Source: an uncultured Eubacteriales bacterium
GTDB taxonomy: Bacteria > Bacillota_I > Bacilli_A > RF39 > UBA660
Direction of reading: 5' to 3'
NCBI GenBank assembly: GCA_963536495.1
Contig: CAUTAF010000002.1
Coordinates: 74,032 to 138,031 of the forward strand
DNA length: 64,000 bases
Made by a program: the position numbers and the translations under genes. Below, one piece after another: positions 10,607 through 20,918 of the stretch. The notes under the pieces are model-generated. The model did no database searches and was not told where the DNA came from. It saw only the letters and a list, made by a program, of their open reading frames with translations. Each line of letters begins with the position of its first letter. Position 1 is the stretch's first letter.

Positions 10607-11791
10607 TTATCTACCTCTAAACCATTCATATTTTCTATTTGGTAAGGATATATAATTATATGCTCCTCTATATCCATTAGCTGCTAAGTCTCTAATATAC
10701 TTATCTTTTGCCCACCAATTACGACATACATTGTCAAAATAATATCTACATGGAACTATTTCTAAGTGTAAATGAGGTCCAGTTGCCCATCCGGTAGAAC
10801 CCATATAACCAATTAAATCATCACTTGTTATATCATTTCCAACTCTAATTTTAGGTCCATATGAATCCATATGTATATAAACAGAAGTATAGTATTTACC
10901 ATCTTTATAGTGTGTCATAATAACAGTTTTTCCACCATAACCATCAGTATATACTGCTACTACTTTACCATTAGCTACAGCATATATAGGTTCTCTTTTA
11001 TTACTACTACTGATATCTACACCTTGATGGAAATATCCATATGTTGCTAAATCACCTTGATAACCAGTAACATAACCTTGTCTCATAGGTCTTCTAAATA
11101 TACCAGCATCATAATCTTTAGCACAATCAACTCCAATAACGTGATTTGATTTACAACCTTTTTTCTTATAATAATTAACTATTTCATCATATTGTTCTAC
11201 TTGTTTTTTTATACTAACTCCACCTTCAACTAAATGAGCTTTATCAGTTCCAAGTTTTACTAATTGATTATCCAATTCATTCTTTTTATCTGCAAGTTTA
11301 CTTTGAATAGAAATAATATCTTTTTGTCTTTGTTCTTGTTTTTTTATAGTATCTGTTAATGTTTTCGTAGTGTTTTTAGTATATTCTAAAAATTGATCTA
11401 CAACAGAATATCTATAGATAAATGTAGAAATATCTTTTGAATCAAATATATAATCTATATAAAAATTACCACTTTGAGACATTTGATAATACTCAATTAA
11501 CTTCTTAGTCTTTTTCTTTAAATTATCTATTTCTACCTTGTTATCTTCCATCTCTTTGATAATTACTTCTTTTTCTTTTAGCAAGGAATTAACTTCATCA
11601 TTAATAGTTTTTATTCTATTATTAGCAGATGCTATTGCATTATTTGTAGAATTTATTTTAGCATTATTACTATTTAATTCAGCTTTATATTGATTAAGTT
11701 TCGCCTCATATTCTCCAAGTGTTATTGCATTAATATTATTAGAAATAAATACTATAAATAAAAGTATTGATACTTTAAATAACTTTTTCAT
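10607..11791 (-). CDS. M23 family peptidoglycan endopeptidase with N-terminal coiled coil (FtsEX-associated type)
   Basis: Signal peptide, long coiled-coil region, C-terminal M23 motifs HQGVD...HLHLE; sits immediately downstream of ftsX. Confidence 0.8.
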   Translation of the reverse strand: MKKLFKVSILLFIVFISNNINAITLGEYEAKLNQYKAELNSNNAKINSTNNAIASANNRIKTINDEVNSLLKEKEVIIKEMEDNKVEIDNLKKKTKKLIEYYQMSQSGNFYIDYIFDSKDISTFIYRYSVVDQFLEYTKNTTKTLTDTIKKQEQRQKDIISIQSKLADKKNELDNQLVKLGTDKAHLVEGGVSIKKQVEQYDEIVNYYKKKGCKSNHVIGVDCAKDYDAGIFRRPMRQGYVTGYQGDLATYGYFHQGVDISSSNKREPIYAVANGKVVAVYTDGYGGKTVIMTHYKDGKYYTSVYIHMDSYGPKIRVGNDITSDDLIGYMGSTGWATGPHLHLEIVPCRYYFDNVCRNWWAKDKYIRDLAANGYRGAYNYISLPNRKYEWFRGR

Positions 11792-12681
11792 AATTTTAAA
11801 TATTTCCTTACTGCTCCACTACTACCAAGCATACCAACTATTACTCCAATTATAACTAAAATTAAAGATACAATATATACTAAACTACTTGGTGACATTA
11901 ATTTAATTATATTAGAATATATATTTCCTTGAAATCTATTATAAACATAAGAATATAAGTATATTGTAAGTAATATAGGTATTATACTTCCAATAAATCC
12001 AAGAACCATACCTTCTACAACAAACGGAAATTTAATAGCAAAATTACTTGCTCCAACAACTCTCATTATTTCAATTTCTCTTTTTCTTGAATAAATTGTT
12101 AATTTAATAGTATTTATAATTAAGAAAATAGTAACTACTATCAATATTATTACAGTAGTATACATAAGCTTATTAACAACTTCAAAAGTTGTTAACATTT
12201 TTTCAATGGTTGTTTTACCATAATTAACACTACTTATTCCTTTAATTACTTCTATTTTACTAACTGTATCATTTATTTGTTTTAAATCACTTACCTTTAT
12301 TTTAAAACTATCTTTAAGAGGTAAATCATCGTCATTCCAATCTTTTAACCATTCTTTAAATTGAGATGAAGAAGCAGATAATTCTTTTTTAGCGTCTACT
12401 TTTGATACGAATTCTACTTTTGCTATATTTTTTAATTCATTTAATTCTTTTTGAATAGCATTTTTATCTGATTTTTTTTCTAAAAAAGCTATAATAGTAA
12501 CATCTTTTTTAATATTTGTAGAAAAATTATTTACGTTAGCACTAAGTATAATAGCAACCGATACTATAAAAAGAGTAATACTTACACAAACTATAGATGC
12601 TATTGATAAAGAAAAATTTCTTACAACACTTTTAAAAGCATCTCTTATTCCTCTTTGTAACATTCTAAAGATCTGCATCAT
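11788..12681 (-). CDS. ftsX: cell division ABC transporter permease
   Basis: 4-TM topology with large extracellular loop; 4-nt overlap with the M23 gene and 17-nt overlap with ftsE. Confidence 0.85.
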   Translation of the reverse strand: MMQIFRMLQRGIRDAFKSVVRNFSLSIASIVCVSITLFIVSVAIILSANVNNFSTNIKKDVTIIAFLEKKSDKNAIQKELNELKNIAKVEFVSKVDAKKELSASSSQFKEWLKDWNDDDLPLKDSFKIKVSDLKQINDTVSKIEVIKGISSVNYGKTTIEKMLTTFEVVNKLMYTTVIILIVVTIFLIINTIKLTIYSRKREIEIMRVVGASNFAIKFPFVVEGMVLGFIGSIIPILLTIYLYSYVYNRFQGNIYSNIIKLMSPSSLVYIVSLILVIIGVIVGMLGSSGAVRKYLKL

Positions 12682-13363
12682 TATATACTCCTTTCTCAGA
12701 GTCTTTTACTAATTTACCATTCTTAATTACTAAAACTCTTTTTTTCATATTATTTACTATTGCTTTATCATGTGTTGCCATAATAATAGTAGTACCTAAA
12801 GTCTTATTAATATTATTTAAAATATCCATTATTTCCATACTTTTTTCTGGGTCAAGATTTCCTGTAGGTTCATCACAAATAAGTAATTTAGGATTATTAA
12901 CTATCGCTCTTGCTATTGCAACCCTTTGTTGTTCTCCTCCAGATAATTGAGTAGGAAAAGATCTTGTTTTATTTTTAAGTCCTACTACTTCTAAAGCTTT
13001 TAATACTTTAGGTTGAATTTTTTTCTTTTCAGTACCTACTACTTCTAAAGCAAATGCTACATTTTCATATACCGTAAGTTTTTCTAAAAGTCTATAATCT
13101 TGAAATATAACTCCTAGTTTTCTTCTTATTTTATATACTTTATTATTTTTTAATTTAGCAACATTTAAACCACTTAATATTATTTCTCCATTAAATGGTT
13201 TAACTTCTCTATATAACATTTTTATAAATGTAGATTTACCACTTCCTGTTTTACCAATAACAAAAACAAAATCGCCCTTTTTTATTGAAACCGAAAAATC
13301 CTTAATAGCATAAACTCCATTAGGGTACTTAACATTAACATCTTTTATATTTATTAATTCCAT
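12665..13363 (-). CDS. ftsE: cell division ABC transporter ATP-binding protein
   Basis: GKTGSGKST, LSGGEQQR, LICDEPTGNLD. Confidence 0.9.
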   Translation of the reverse strand: MELINIKDVNVKYPNGVYAIKDFSVSIKKGDFVFVIGKTGSGKSTFIKMLYREVKPFNGEIILSGLNVAKLKNNKVYKIRRKLGVIFQDYRLLEKLTVYENVAFALEVVGTEKKKIQPKVLKALEVVGLKNKTRSFPTQLSGGEQQRVAIARAIVNNPKLLICDEPTGNLDPEKSMEIMDILNNINKTLGTTIIMATHDKAIVNNMKKRVLVIKNGKLVKDSEKGVYNDADL

Positions 13364-13439
13364 ATATTCCTCTTTTTCAATTTTAACACTATTAGATTAT
13401 TAGTTTAATAATATTAATTTATTTTTTATTTAAATTTGT

Positions 13440-14267
13440 CTACACTCCACCTTTAACATGATAAGAATCTGTTACTATCATAAAGGCTTCTTTATCTATT
13501 TCTTTAATTGTATCTTTTACATAATTATATTTAATAGTTGGTACTACACTCATAATAAGTTGATCATCTTTTCTACTATATGCACCTTTTACTTGAATTA
13601 ATGTTGCACCATAACCCTCTTTTTTCAAGAAATCTTCAACCTTTTTATCTTCGTTAGTTATAACATAAAATGCTTTATTACTAGATATTCCTAAAAAGAC
13701 TCTATCATATACATATCTACCTACAAATATAACTATTAAAGCATATATTAAATTCATAACATTTTTATTAACAAAAACTCCAGTTACTACTATAACAGTA
13801 TTAATCATATTGCTTATTTTCGCCATTGGTATATATGTCTTTTCATGTATTACTTCAGAAAGTAGTGTTATACCTCCTGAGTTAAATCCATTTTTAGAAT
13901 CAAGTCCTGTAGTAAATCCATTTATTAAACCTGCAATTAAAGCAATCATCAAAGGTTCAGTTATACCAATTTCAAAAGCAGTAGGTATATTTGAAGTTAT
14001 TTTTATAAAAAATGGAAGTAAAATACCAGCAAGTATAGAACTAGCTATCTTCTCTTTAGGTAAAAAGAAATTAGCTATAAATACTATTACAAGAGATACC
14101 AATAAAATTGTGATCGACGGATCTATATAAATTAAATTTTTAACTAAAATACCTATACCACTACTTCCACCTGCTACTATTTTTAAAGGTTCATAAAACA
14201 TATTAAAAACAACTGCACTTAAAAAAGTAGTAAAAACAAACACTATCCATTTAAAAGCTTTTTTCAT
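13440..14267 (-). CDS. YitT family membrane protein (DUF161/DUF2179)
   Basis: Polytopic N-terminal region plus C-terminal DUF2179-like segment ending in DSYHVKGG. Confidence 0.5.
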   Translation of the reverse strand: MKKAFKWIVFVFTTFLSAVVFNMFYEPLKIVAGGSSGIGILVKNLIYIDPSITILLVSLVIVFIANFFLPKEKIASSILAGILLPFFIKITSNIPTAFEIGITEPLMIALIAGLINGFTTGLDSKNGFNSGGITLLSEVIHEKTYIPMAKISNMINTVIVVTGVFVNKNVMNLIYALIVIFVGRYVYDRVFLGISSNKAFYVITNEDKKVEDFLKKEGYGATLIQVKGAYSRKDDQLIMSVVPTIKYNYVKDTIKEIDKEAFMIVTDSYHVKGGV

Positions 14268-15064
14268 CTATAACCTCCATAAGTTTCATATGCATCACTT
14301 ACTGATATAACGATATTTTTATCTATTTTTTCTAACCCTTTAGTAAGCATATAAAACTTTTCATTTTCTATTAAACAAAGTAAACATTTTTCTTCATTAC
14401 TTGTATATATCTCTGTAAGACCTAAAGATAAATTATTTATTAAATATTTTTTAACTTCTCTATCTTTTTTAGTTATTATATAGAAAAGTTTAGAATCACT
14501 AACACCAATTAACATATAATCAACTATTCTTTCTGTTATATAAAGTATTAATAAATTATAAACAAATAAATTAACTCCAAATACAAATAAACCTAAAAAT
14601 ACTATAAAACCATCTGTTAAAACATTAGCTGTTGCTAAAGACAAATTAGTATTTCGATAAATAATTAAAGCTATAATATCACTTCCGCCCTTAGAAAAAC
14701 CAGTTTTATATATAAGACCACTTCCTATACCATTTAATGCTATTGCACATACTGTAGATAATGGTAATGTTAATTCCAAATTTATTTTTATAAAAGAAGT
14801 TAAATAAATAAATATAGGTATTAACATAGTTCCAATTAACATATTATAAAAATCTTCTTGACTTAAAAATATAACAGCTATAATAATAAGAATAATTGTT
14901 GCAATCATAATAAATAAATTTATATCTATTCCTAAAAATTTATTAAAAACAATAGCAAGACCAGATACATCACCTATTACAAAATTATTTTCCAGCATAA
15001 AAAAGTTGTAACCAATAGCACAACATAATGAACCTAATATTAAATTAAATACTTTCTTTTTCAT
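14264..15064 (-). CDS. YitT family membrane protein, a paralog of the preceding gene
   Basis: Same architecture; C-terminal DAYETYGGY. Confidence 0.5.
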   Translation of the reverse strand: MKKKVFNLILGSLCCAIGYNFFMLENNFVIGDVSGLAIVFNKFLGIDINLFIMIATIILIIIAVIFLSQEDFYNMLIGTMLIPIFIYLTSFIKINLELTLPLSTVCAIALNGIGSGLIYKTGFSKGGSDIIALIIYRNTNLSLATANVLTDGFIVFLGLFVFGVNLFVYNLLILYITERIVDYMLIGVSDSKLFYIITKKDREVKKYLINNLSLGLTEIYTSNEEKCLLCLIENEKFYMLTKGLEKIDKNIVISVSDAYETYGGYR

Positions 15065-16170
15065 TTTTCCCCTTTTTTAAATATTCTTCTATAAAATGTT
15101 CTATTTTACCATTCATAACTTTTTCAACATCTGTTTCTTCATAATTAGTTCTATGATCTTTAACAAGTTGATATGGTGCCATAATATAACTTCTTATTTG
15201 TGATCCAAATTCTATATTTTTTTGTTCTTTATAATTAGAATTTTTTTCTTGTTCTTGTTTTTCTTGTTCTAATAAATACAATTTATTTTTTAATAGTTTT
15301 AATGCTGTTTCTTTATTTTGAATTTGACTTCTTTCAGTTTGACATGTAACAACTATATTAGTAGGTATATGGGTAATTCTTACTGCAGAATCAGTTGTAT
15401 TTACTCCTTGTCCACCTTTTCCACTTGATCTATAAACATCTATTCTTAAATCACTGGGATTTATTTCTATATTTATATCCTTATTAATAAGTGGTGTTAC
15501 AAGTACAGATGCAAAAGATGTATGTCTTCTAGCATTAGAATCAAATGGTGATATTCTAACTAATCGATGTACTCCTATTTCAGATTTTAAAAATCCATAA
15601 GCATATTCACCTTTTACTGAAAATGTTATAGATTTTAAACCTGCTTCATCCCCATCTAAATAATCAAGTATTTCTACTTTAAAGTCACTATTATCAAAAT
15701 ATCTTTGATACATTCTACTAAGCATTAAAACCCAATCACAAGCTTCCGTTCCACCTGCTCCCGAATGTATTTCAAATATTGCATCTTCTTTATCGTAATC
15801 TTCATTTAAAAGAGTTATTATCTTTAATTCTTCTACCCTTAAAATATCTTTTTCTATTTCTTTTTTCAAATTAACTACTTCTTCTTCACTACTTATTTCA
15901 ATAAGTTCTTTAAAACTATTTATATTATTTTCTATTAAAGATATTTCTTCTTTAGTCTTTTTTAAACTACTTAAATTAGACATAATATTTTTAGCATTAT
16001 TTGAATAATTCCAAAAATTTTCTTTATTAACTTCTTCTTCTAAGTCTTTTATTTTTTTATCTAAACTACCAAAGTCAAAGACAATCCTTTATATCATTTA
16101 AATCTTTTAATGATTTTTCTATATCTTTTTTTAGATTGTTAATTATATCTAAACTTTTATATTCCTCCAT
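15045..16170 (-). CDS. prfB: peptide chain release factor 2, requires a programmed +1 frameshift
   Basis: Frame-0 ORF MEEYKSLDIINNLKKDIEKSLKDLNDIKDCL ends at the in-frame UGA inside the minus-strand motif AAAGGATTGT CTT TGA C (TGA is the complement of plus 16075-16077). The +1 frame continues DFGSLDKK... into the annotated 312-aa ORF with GGQ and SPF motifs. Confidence 0.9.
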
Positions 16171-16257
16171 ATACACCTCTTTTACCTTATATAATAATAA
16201 CATAAATTTGCTTTAAATAAAATTAAGACTCTTATATAATTAATATAGGAGGTAATA

Positions 16258-16719
16258 ATGAAAATATATAAAAGAGGTATTTTATCTTTGTTATATAGTT
16301 TAGTTCTTGCTCTTATAGGAATACTATTTATTAATTATATTGTATATTGGTTAATAACTGAAAAAGCACCTGATTATATTTGGATATTTTATATAGTCCT
16401 TACTTTAAGTAGTTTATTTATGTTATATTCTTCTATATTTAAAGAAAACATAAGACTAGAAATAGAAAATAAATATTTAAAATATTATGAGAACAATAAA
16501 CTAACAGAAGAAATAGATTTATCTAAAGTATTTTATGGTTATAAAATAGTTGATAACTCTGTTATTGATTTATATTTTTACGAAAAAGATGAAGATACTA
16601 AAAAGATTTTAGATTGTGCACCTTTAGGTGTTAATAAATTTTATAAATTAATTGAAGATATAAAAAAAGAAACTAAAAATAAAGATTTTATAGAAGAAGC
16701 AAAAATTATAAAAAAATAA
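16258..16719 (+). CDS. hypothetical membrane protein
   Basis: Two N-terminal TM helices. Confidence 0.4.
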   Translation: MKIYKRGILSLLYSLVLALIGILFINYIVYWLITEKAPDYIWIFYIVLTLSSLFMLYSSIFKENIRLEIENKYLKYYENNKLTEEIDLSKVFYGYKIVDNSVIDLYFYEKDEDTKKILDCAPLGVNKFYKLIEDIKKETKNKDFIEEAKIIKK

Positions 16720-16731
16720 AGGAGATAAAAA

Positions 16732-17166
16732 ATGAACATTTTTATTATAGTTGGTATTATTGCAATAATGATTGCAGTAACTATTTTAAACATAATATAT
16801 TTAAAAAAAGGGAAAGAAGAAGATAAAAAATTTATGGAAGAAAATCCCGATATTTCAACAATAGAAGTATATTCTTCTAGCCATATAGTTAGTAGTAATA
16901 CAACTATTTATACAGTTGATGAAAAAATTCCACACTATTCAAAATCAAGTTTTAAAGGATTTGTTTTTATAGAAGAAGGTGAACATATACTTTCAGTAGG
17001 TGCAAGTTTTACAAGACCAGGAATTATGTATAAATCAGTAACTACAGATATTGGTCCAACTGATATAAAAGTTAAAATAGAAAAAAAGAAAAAATATATT
17101 TTAAAATATAACAAAAAAGAAGGTTTTTTTCTTGAAGAAATTGAAAAAAAACCTCTAAATAAGTAG
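16732..17166 (+). CDS. hypothetical membrane-anchored protein
   Basis: N-terminal TM helix; RBS GGAG upstream. Confidence 0.4.
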   Translation: MNIFIIVGIIAIMIAVTILNIIYLKKGKEEDKKFMEENPDISTIEVYSSSHIVSSNTTIYTVDEKIPHYSKSSFKGFVFIEEGEHILSVGASFTRPGIMYKSVTTDIGPTDIKVKIEKKKKYILKYNKKEGFFLEEIEKKPLNK

Positions 17167-17183
17167 ACATCATAAAAAATAGT

Positions 17184-17215
17184 AAATACACCTCATTTCG
17201 GAAGTGTATTTTTTA
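17184..17215 (+). terminator. rho-independent terminator
   Basis: AAATACAC-loop-GTGTATTT followed by TTTTT. Confidence 0.55.
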
Positions 17216-17480
17216 TGTCAGAAAAGAATAAACAATTATGTTTATCCACTATTATTAATATATATAATAGATATGTTATAACTTAGAAAATATCTAAATT
17301 TAATAATAATTAATTAGTAATTGATACATTAAACCATACAATAGCAAAAGAAATAGATGTAGATGATTAATCATTCATAGTAATCAAGACTTTAAATATA
17401 TATATTTACAAGAATATATTCAAGTTATATAAGAATAGATATTATTTTACAATACCATTAAATTAAAGTTAAAAATTAAG

Positions 17481-17510
17481 AAAAAGAGAAAAATAAATTT
17501 TCTCTTTTTT
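17481..17510 (-). terminator. rho-independent terminator ending the long minus-strand operon (downstream of the ABC-F gene)
   Basis: AAGAGAAAA-ATAAATT-TTTCTCTT with flanking A-run and T-run. Confidence 0.55.
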
Positions 17511-17560
17511 ATATAGTATTTTTTTATGATATCTACCGATTGTGATTCACATCATTTTCC

Positions 17561-19234
17561 CTAATACTTTTTTGTTTTTTTATATAACTTTTTTTCTTCT
17601 TTTTCAGCAGTTTTAGCTATTGTTTCTTTATATGAATCGTAATTACCAATATATTCTTTTATTTTACCATCTTCAAATACTATTACTTTATTTGCATATT
17701 TATTTATAAAAAATCTATCATGGCTTACAAAAATTAACGTTCCCCCAAAATCATCTAGTGCTTCTTCAAAAACTTCTTTAGTTGGAATATCTATATGATT
17801 AGTTGGTTCATCAAATATTAATGTATTAACTTCTTGTTGTAATAATTCAGCTAATTTAAGTCTCATTCTTTCCCCACCAGATAAATTTTTTAATTTTTTA
17901 TTAATAGTATCACCTTTAAACTTAAATCTTGATAGAATACTACGACTCTTTTCTTCTGGTAATCCTACTGATCTTGAAAAATATTCATATAAAGTTTTAT
18001 TTTCGTCTTCAAATTCAATAACTTGAGGTATATACCCTATTTTAACACTAGGTCCAATATAAATACTTCCACTACTTTCTAAACTTTGATTTCCCATAAT
18101 AGTCTTAACAAACGTTGATTTACCAGAACCATTTTCTCCAATTATAGCAACTTTATCTCCAGAGATAATTTCTAAATTAACATCATCTAATATAATATCT
18201 TTTTCTGGCGTAAAAACCGATAATTTATCTGCTACAATAATTCTGTTTGAAGATTTTCTTTTTTCATTAAAGGACATATTTATTTTCTTTTGTTCTAAAG
18301 GTTTTTTAATTGCTTCCAAACGCATTTTTTGTGCTCTTTCCCATAGATTCTTTCCTTGTCTTGTTAAAGAAGAACTATTTTTTGCCATTCCGGCTTGCAT
18401 AAATTGTTTTGCTTTTAGTTCTAATTGTTTAATACTTTCTTGTTCATCACCATATTGTGCTAATCTTTTTTGATACATTTCCTCACTAAGTTTTAAATAT
18501 CCCGAATAATTTGTAGCATATACTCTTCCAATCCCATCATCATCAATAGTTAAAACTTTATTAACCATTTTATCTAAAAAATATCTATCATGAGAAACTA
18601 TAACAGATGCACCCTTGAATGATTTTATATATTCTTCTAACCATTCAATTCTATTAATATCAAGATGGTTAGTTGGTTCGTCTAATATTAATAAGTCAGG
18701 TTTTAATAAAAGTATTTTTGCTAATTGAACAATAGTTTTTTCTCCTCCAGATAAATTTTTATATAACTCTTTTTTTATATTTTTATCAAGTTTCAAACCA
18801 TTTGTTACTGTACTAATTCTACTTTCAATTTCATATCCACCTAATAAGTTAAATTTTTCAATTAATGCACAATATTTTTCTAATTCTTTTTCGTTATAAT
18901 CTTCACTAATCTTTTTTTCATAAATTTTAATTTGTCTTTCAAGTTCATTTATTTCACTAAAAGCATCTTTTAAAACTTCATACACTGTTTTATCATTATC
19001 TATATTTACTATGCCTTGATCTAAATAACCAACTTTAGCTCCTTTTTTAATATTAATAGAACCAGTATCAGTTGATTCAAGACCCATAATTAATTTTAGT
19101 ATTGTAGATTTTCCACAACCATTAGGTCCAATTATTGCTATTGATTCTCCTTCGTTAAGAGAAAAAGAAACATCTTCAAATAAATGATTATATCCAAAGT
19201 TTTTTGATATTTTATTCACATCTAATAATAACAA
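17561..19234 (-). CDS. ABC-F family ATPase (tandem NBDs, no TMD), EttA/ARE-like
   Basis: Two Walker A motifs (GPNGCGKST, GENGSGKST), two signature motifs (LSGGEKT, LSGGERMR), inter-domain linker, size about 557 aa. Confidence 0.85.
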   Translation of the reverse strand: MLLLDVNKISKNFGYNHLFEDVSFSLNEGESIAIIGPNGCGKSTILKLIMGLESTDTGSINIKKGAKVGYLDQGIVNIDNDKTVYEVLKDAFSEINELERQIKIYEKKISEDYNEKELEKYCALIEKFNLLGGYEIESRISTVTNGLKLDKNIKKELYKNLSGGEKTIVQLAKILLLKPDLLILDEPTNHLDINRIEWLEEYIKSFKGASVIVSHDRYFLDKMVNKVLTIDDDGIGRVYATNYSGYLKLSEEMYQKRLAQYGDEQESIKQLELKAKQFMQAGMAKNSSSLTRQGKNLWERAQKMRLEAIKKPLEQKKINMSFNEKRKSSNRIIVADKLSVFTPEKDIILDDVNLEIISGDKVAIIGENGSGKSTFVKTIMGNQSLESSGSIYIGPSVKIGYIPQVIEFEDENKTLYEYFSRSVGLPEEKSRSILSRFKFKGDTINKKLKNLSGGERMRLKLAELLQQEVNTLIFDEPTNHIDIPTKEVFEEALDDFGGTLIFVSHDRFFINKYANKVIVFEDGKIKEYIGNYDSYKETIAKTAEKEEKKLYKKTKKY

Positions 19235-19301
19235 AATATAACACCTTCTTTCTAATTGTCATTTATTCTAACATTTTATAAGTTAAAATAAAACAATTTT
19301 T

Positions 19302-20102
19302 TTATAAAAACAATTCCGTTAATAAAATATAATACTCTATAACTTCATAATTTGGTTTAATTTCTAATCTTTCAAACAACATTTTTTCTGCTTCTGGTGT
19401 TTCATAATTTCTTCTCAATGATTTAACTAGTATTGCTATATCATACCAATAATCAGATACTCCTGCATCTCCCATATCAATAAATCCAGTTATTTTATCA
19501 TTTTCAAAAAAAATATTAGGTAAACTTAAATCTCCATGAGAAAAACATAGTTTTTCTGTTTTTGGTTTATGATTAATTAAATATTCATACGCTTTTTGGG
19601 GAGTACCAAATTTTTTGGTATTTTTTTCTTCCATTGTTGTTATTAAATTATTTTCTATATTATATTTAGCAATTGCTAATTTTATATCTAAAGTATTATA
19701 TATTAAGCATGTACTAATATCTAAGCTTTGTAAGATTTTAAGTGCTTTTGCTGCTAAATTAACAACATATTTCATATCATCAAAAATATCATCATCACAA
19801 ATCATTTTTCCTTTTAATTTTTCTGTTAGCATTATAGATTTATTTTTATCATATGAAAAATAAATTACCTTCGGAACTAAACCAGTATCCTTCAAATAAT
19901 TATAAATATAATATTCTTTATCCAAGTTATTTTCTTTAGATTCTTTAATAAAAAACACTTCATTATTTTTATTTGTTATTTCACTTACTTTATTACCAGA
20001 ACAACCTATTTCAATATCTTTTACAATAGATTTTTCTAATATTTTTTTTATAAATTTATCCATTATTTTTTTCTCCTCATTATTAACTCTTTTGCTGAAC
20101 AA
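19302..20102 (-). CDS. aminoglycoside/antibiotic phosphotransferase-like kinase (APH family)
   Basis: FSHGDLSLPNIFFENDKITGFIDMGDAGVSDYWYDIAIL closely follows the APH(3') catalytic-loop and DFG-like region. Confidence 0.65.
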   Translation of the reverse strand: MFSKRVNNEEKKIMDKFIKKILEKSIVKDIEIGCSGNKVSEITNKNNEVFFIKESKENNLDKEYYIYNYLKDTGLVPKVIYFSYDKNKSIMLTEKLKGKMICDDDIFDDMKYVVNLAAKALKILQSLDISTCLIYNTLDIKLAIAKYNIENNLITTMEEKNTKKFGTPQKAYEYLINHKPKTEKLCFSHGDLSLPNIFFENDKITGFIDMGDAGVSDYWYDIAILVKSLRRNYETPEAEKMLFERLEIKPNYEVIEYYILLTELFL

Positions 20103-20917
20103 GACTCACTACATATATTATTATCAATACCATGTCCAATTACAATACCTTGATTTTCTTCTTCATAATGAAAATCAGATCCAACACTTTCTAAAAGATT
20201 TAACTTTTTTGCTATTTCTTTATAAAATATAAAATCATCTTTAGTAAATGAAGAATGACAACTTTCAATTCCAATCAATCCTATTTTTTTTAAACTATCA
20301 ATAAGTTTAAAGATATTTTGTTTATCTATTTTTATTTTATTTGGATGAGCTATTATAGCAATACCTCCACTATCTATAATAAGTTTAATCGCTTTTTTAA
20401 TATCAATTTCATAACCAGGATATTCTGAATTATATTCTTGTATTTCTTTCGCTATATCTTGTGCTCTACTAAAACTATAATTATTTTTTATCAACAATCT
20501 TCTTATTTGCTCATCTATAAGCATATAATTATTTAAGTCTACTTGTTCTTTTATATAAGATGGAACATCTATTTTTTTGCAAGATATTTTATCTAAAGTT
20601 TCTATATGTCCCTTTTTTAGAACTTCTTTCATTCTAGATAATTCTTCGTTAAGTTCTTTATTATTTGAATCATAATCATACCCCAACAAATGAATACAAA
20701 TATTTTGATTCAAAAAATTATATTTTGTAGACAATTCTATTCCTTTTACGATTACAATATTGCTTTCAGATAAAATTTCATTAGATGGTATAATTATATC
20801 ATGATCAGTTATACTTAAAAAATCAACATTATTTTCTTTAGCTTTTTTTATTAAATTTTCAACTGATTCTGCACCATCGCTATATGTTGAGTGTACATGC
20901 ATATCTATATATTTCAT
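20063..20917 (-). CDS. PHP-domain phosphoesterase
   Basis: MHVHSTYSDG...ITDHD metal-binding motifs; overlaps the kinase gene by 40 nt. Confidence 0.65.
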   Translation of the reverse strand: MKYIDMHVHSTYSDGAESVENLIKKAKENNVDFLSITDHDIIIPSNEILSESNIVIVKGIELSTKYNFLNQNICIHLLGYDYDSNNKELNEELSRMKEVLKKGHIETLDKISCKKIDVPSYIKEQVDLNNYMLIDEQIRRLLIKNNYSFSRAQDIAKEIQEYNSEYPGYEIDIKKAIKLIIDSGGIAIIAHPNKIKIDKQNIFKLIDSLKKIGLIGIESCHSSFTKDDFIFYKEIAKKLNLLESVGSDFHYEEENQGIVIGHGIDNNICSESCSAKELIMRRKK

Positions 20918-20918
20918 A

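Noticed and set aside
13810-14130. 106-aa plus-strand ORF antisense to the YitT gene
   Set aside because: Antisense overlap and low-complexity composition
19615-19863. 82-aa plus-strand ORF antisense to the APH-like gene
   Set aside because: Antisense, low complexity
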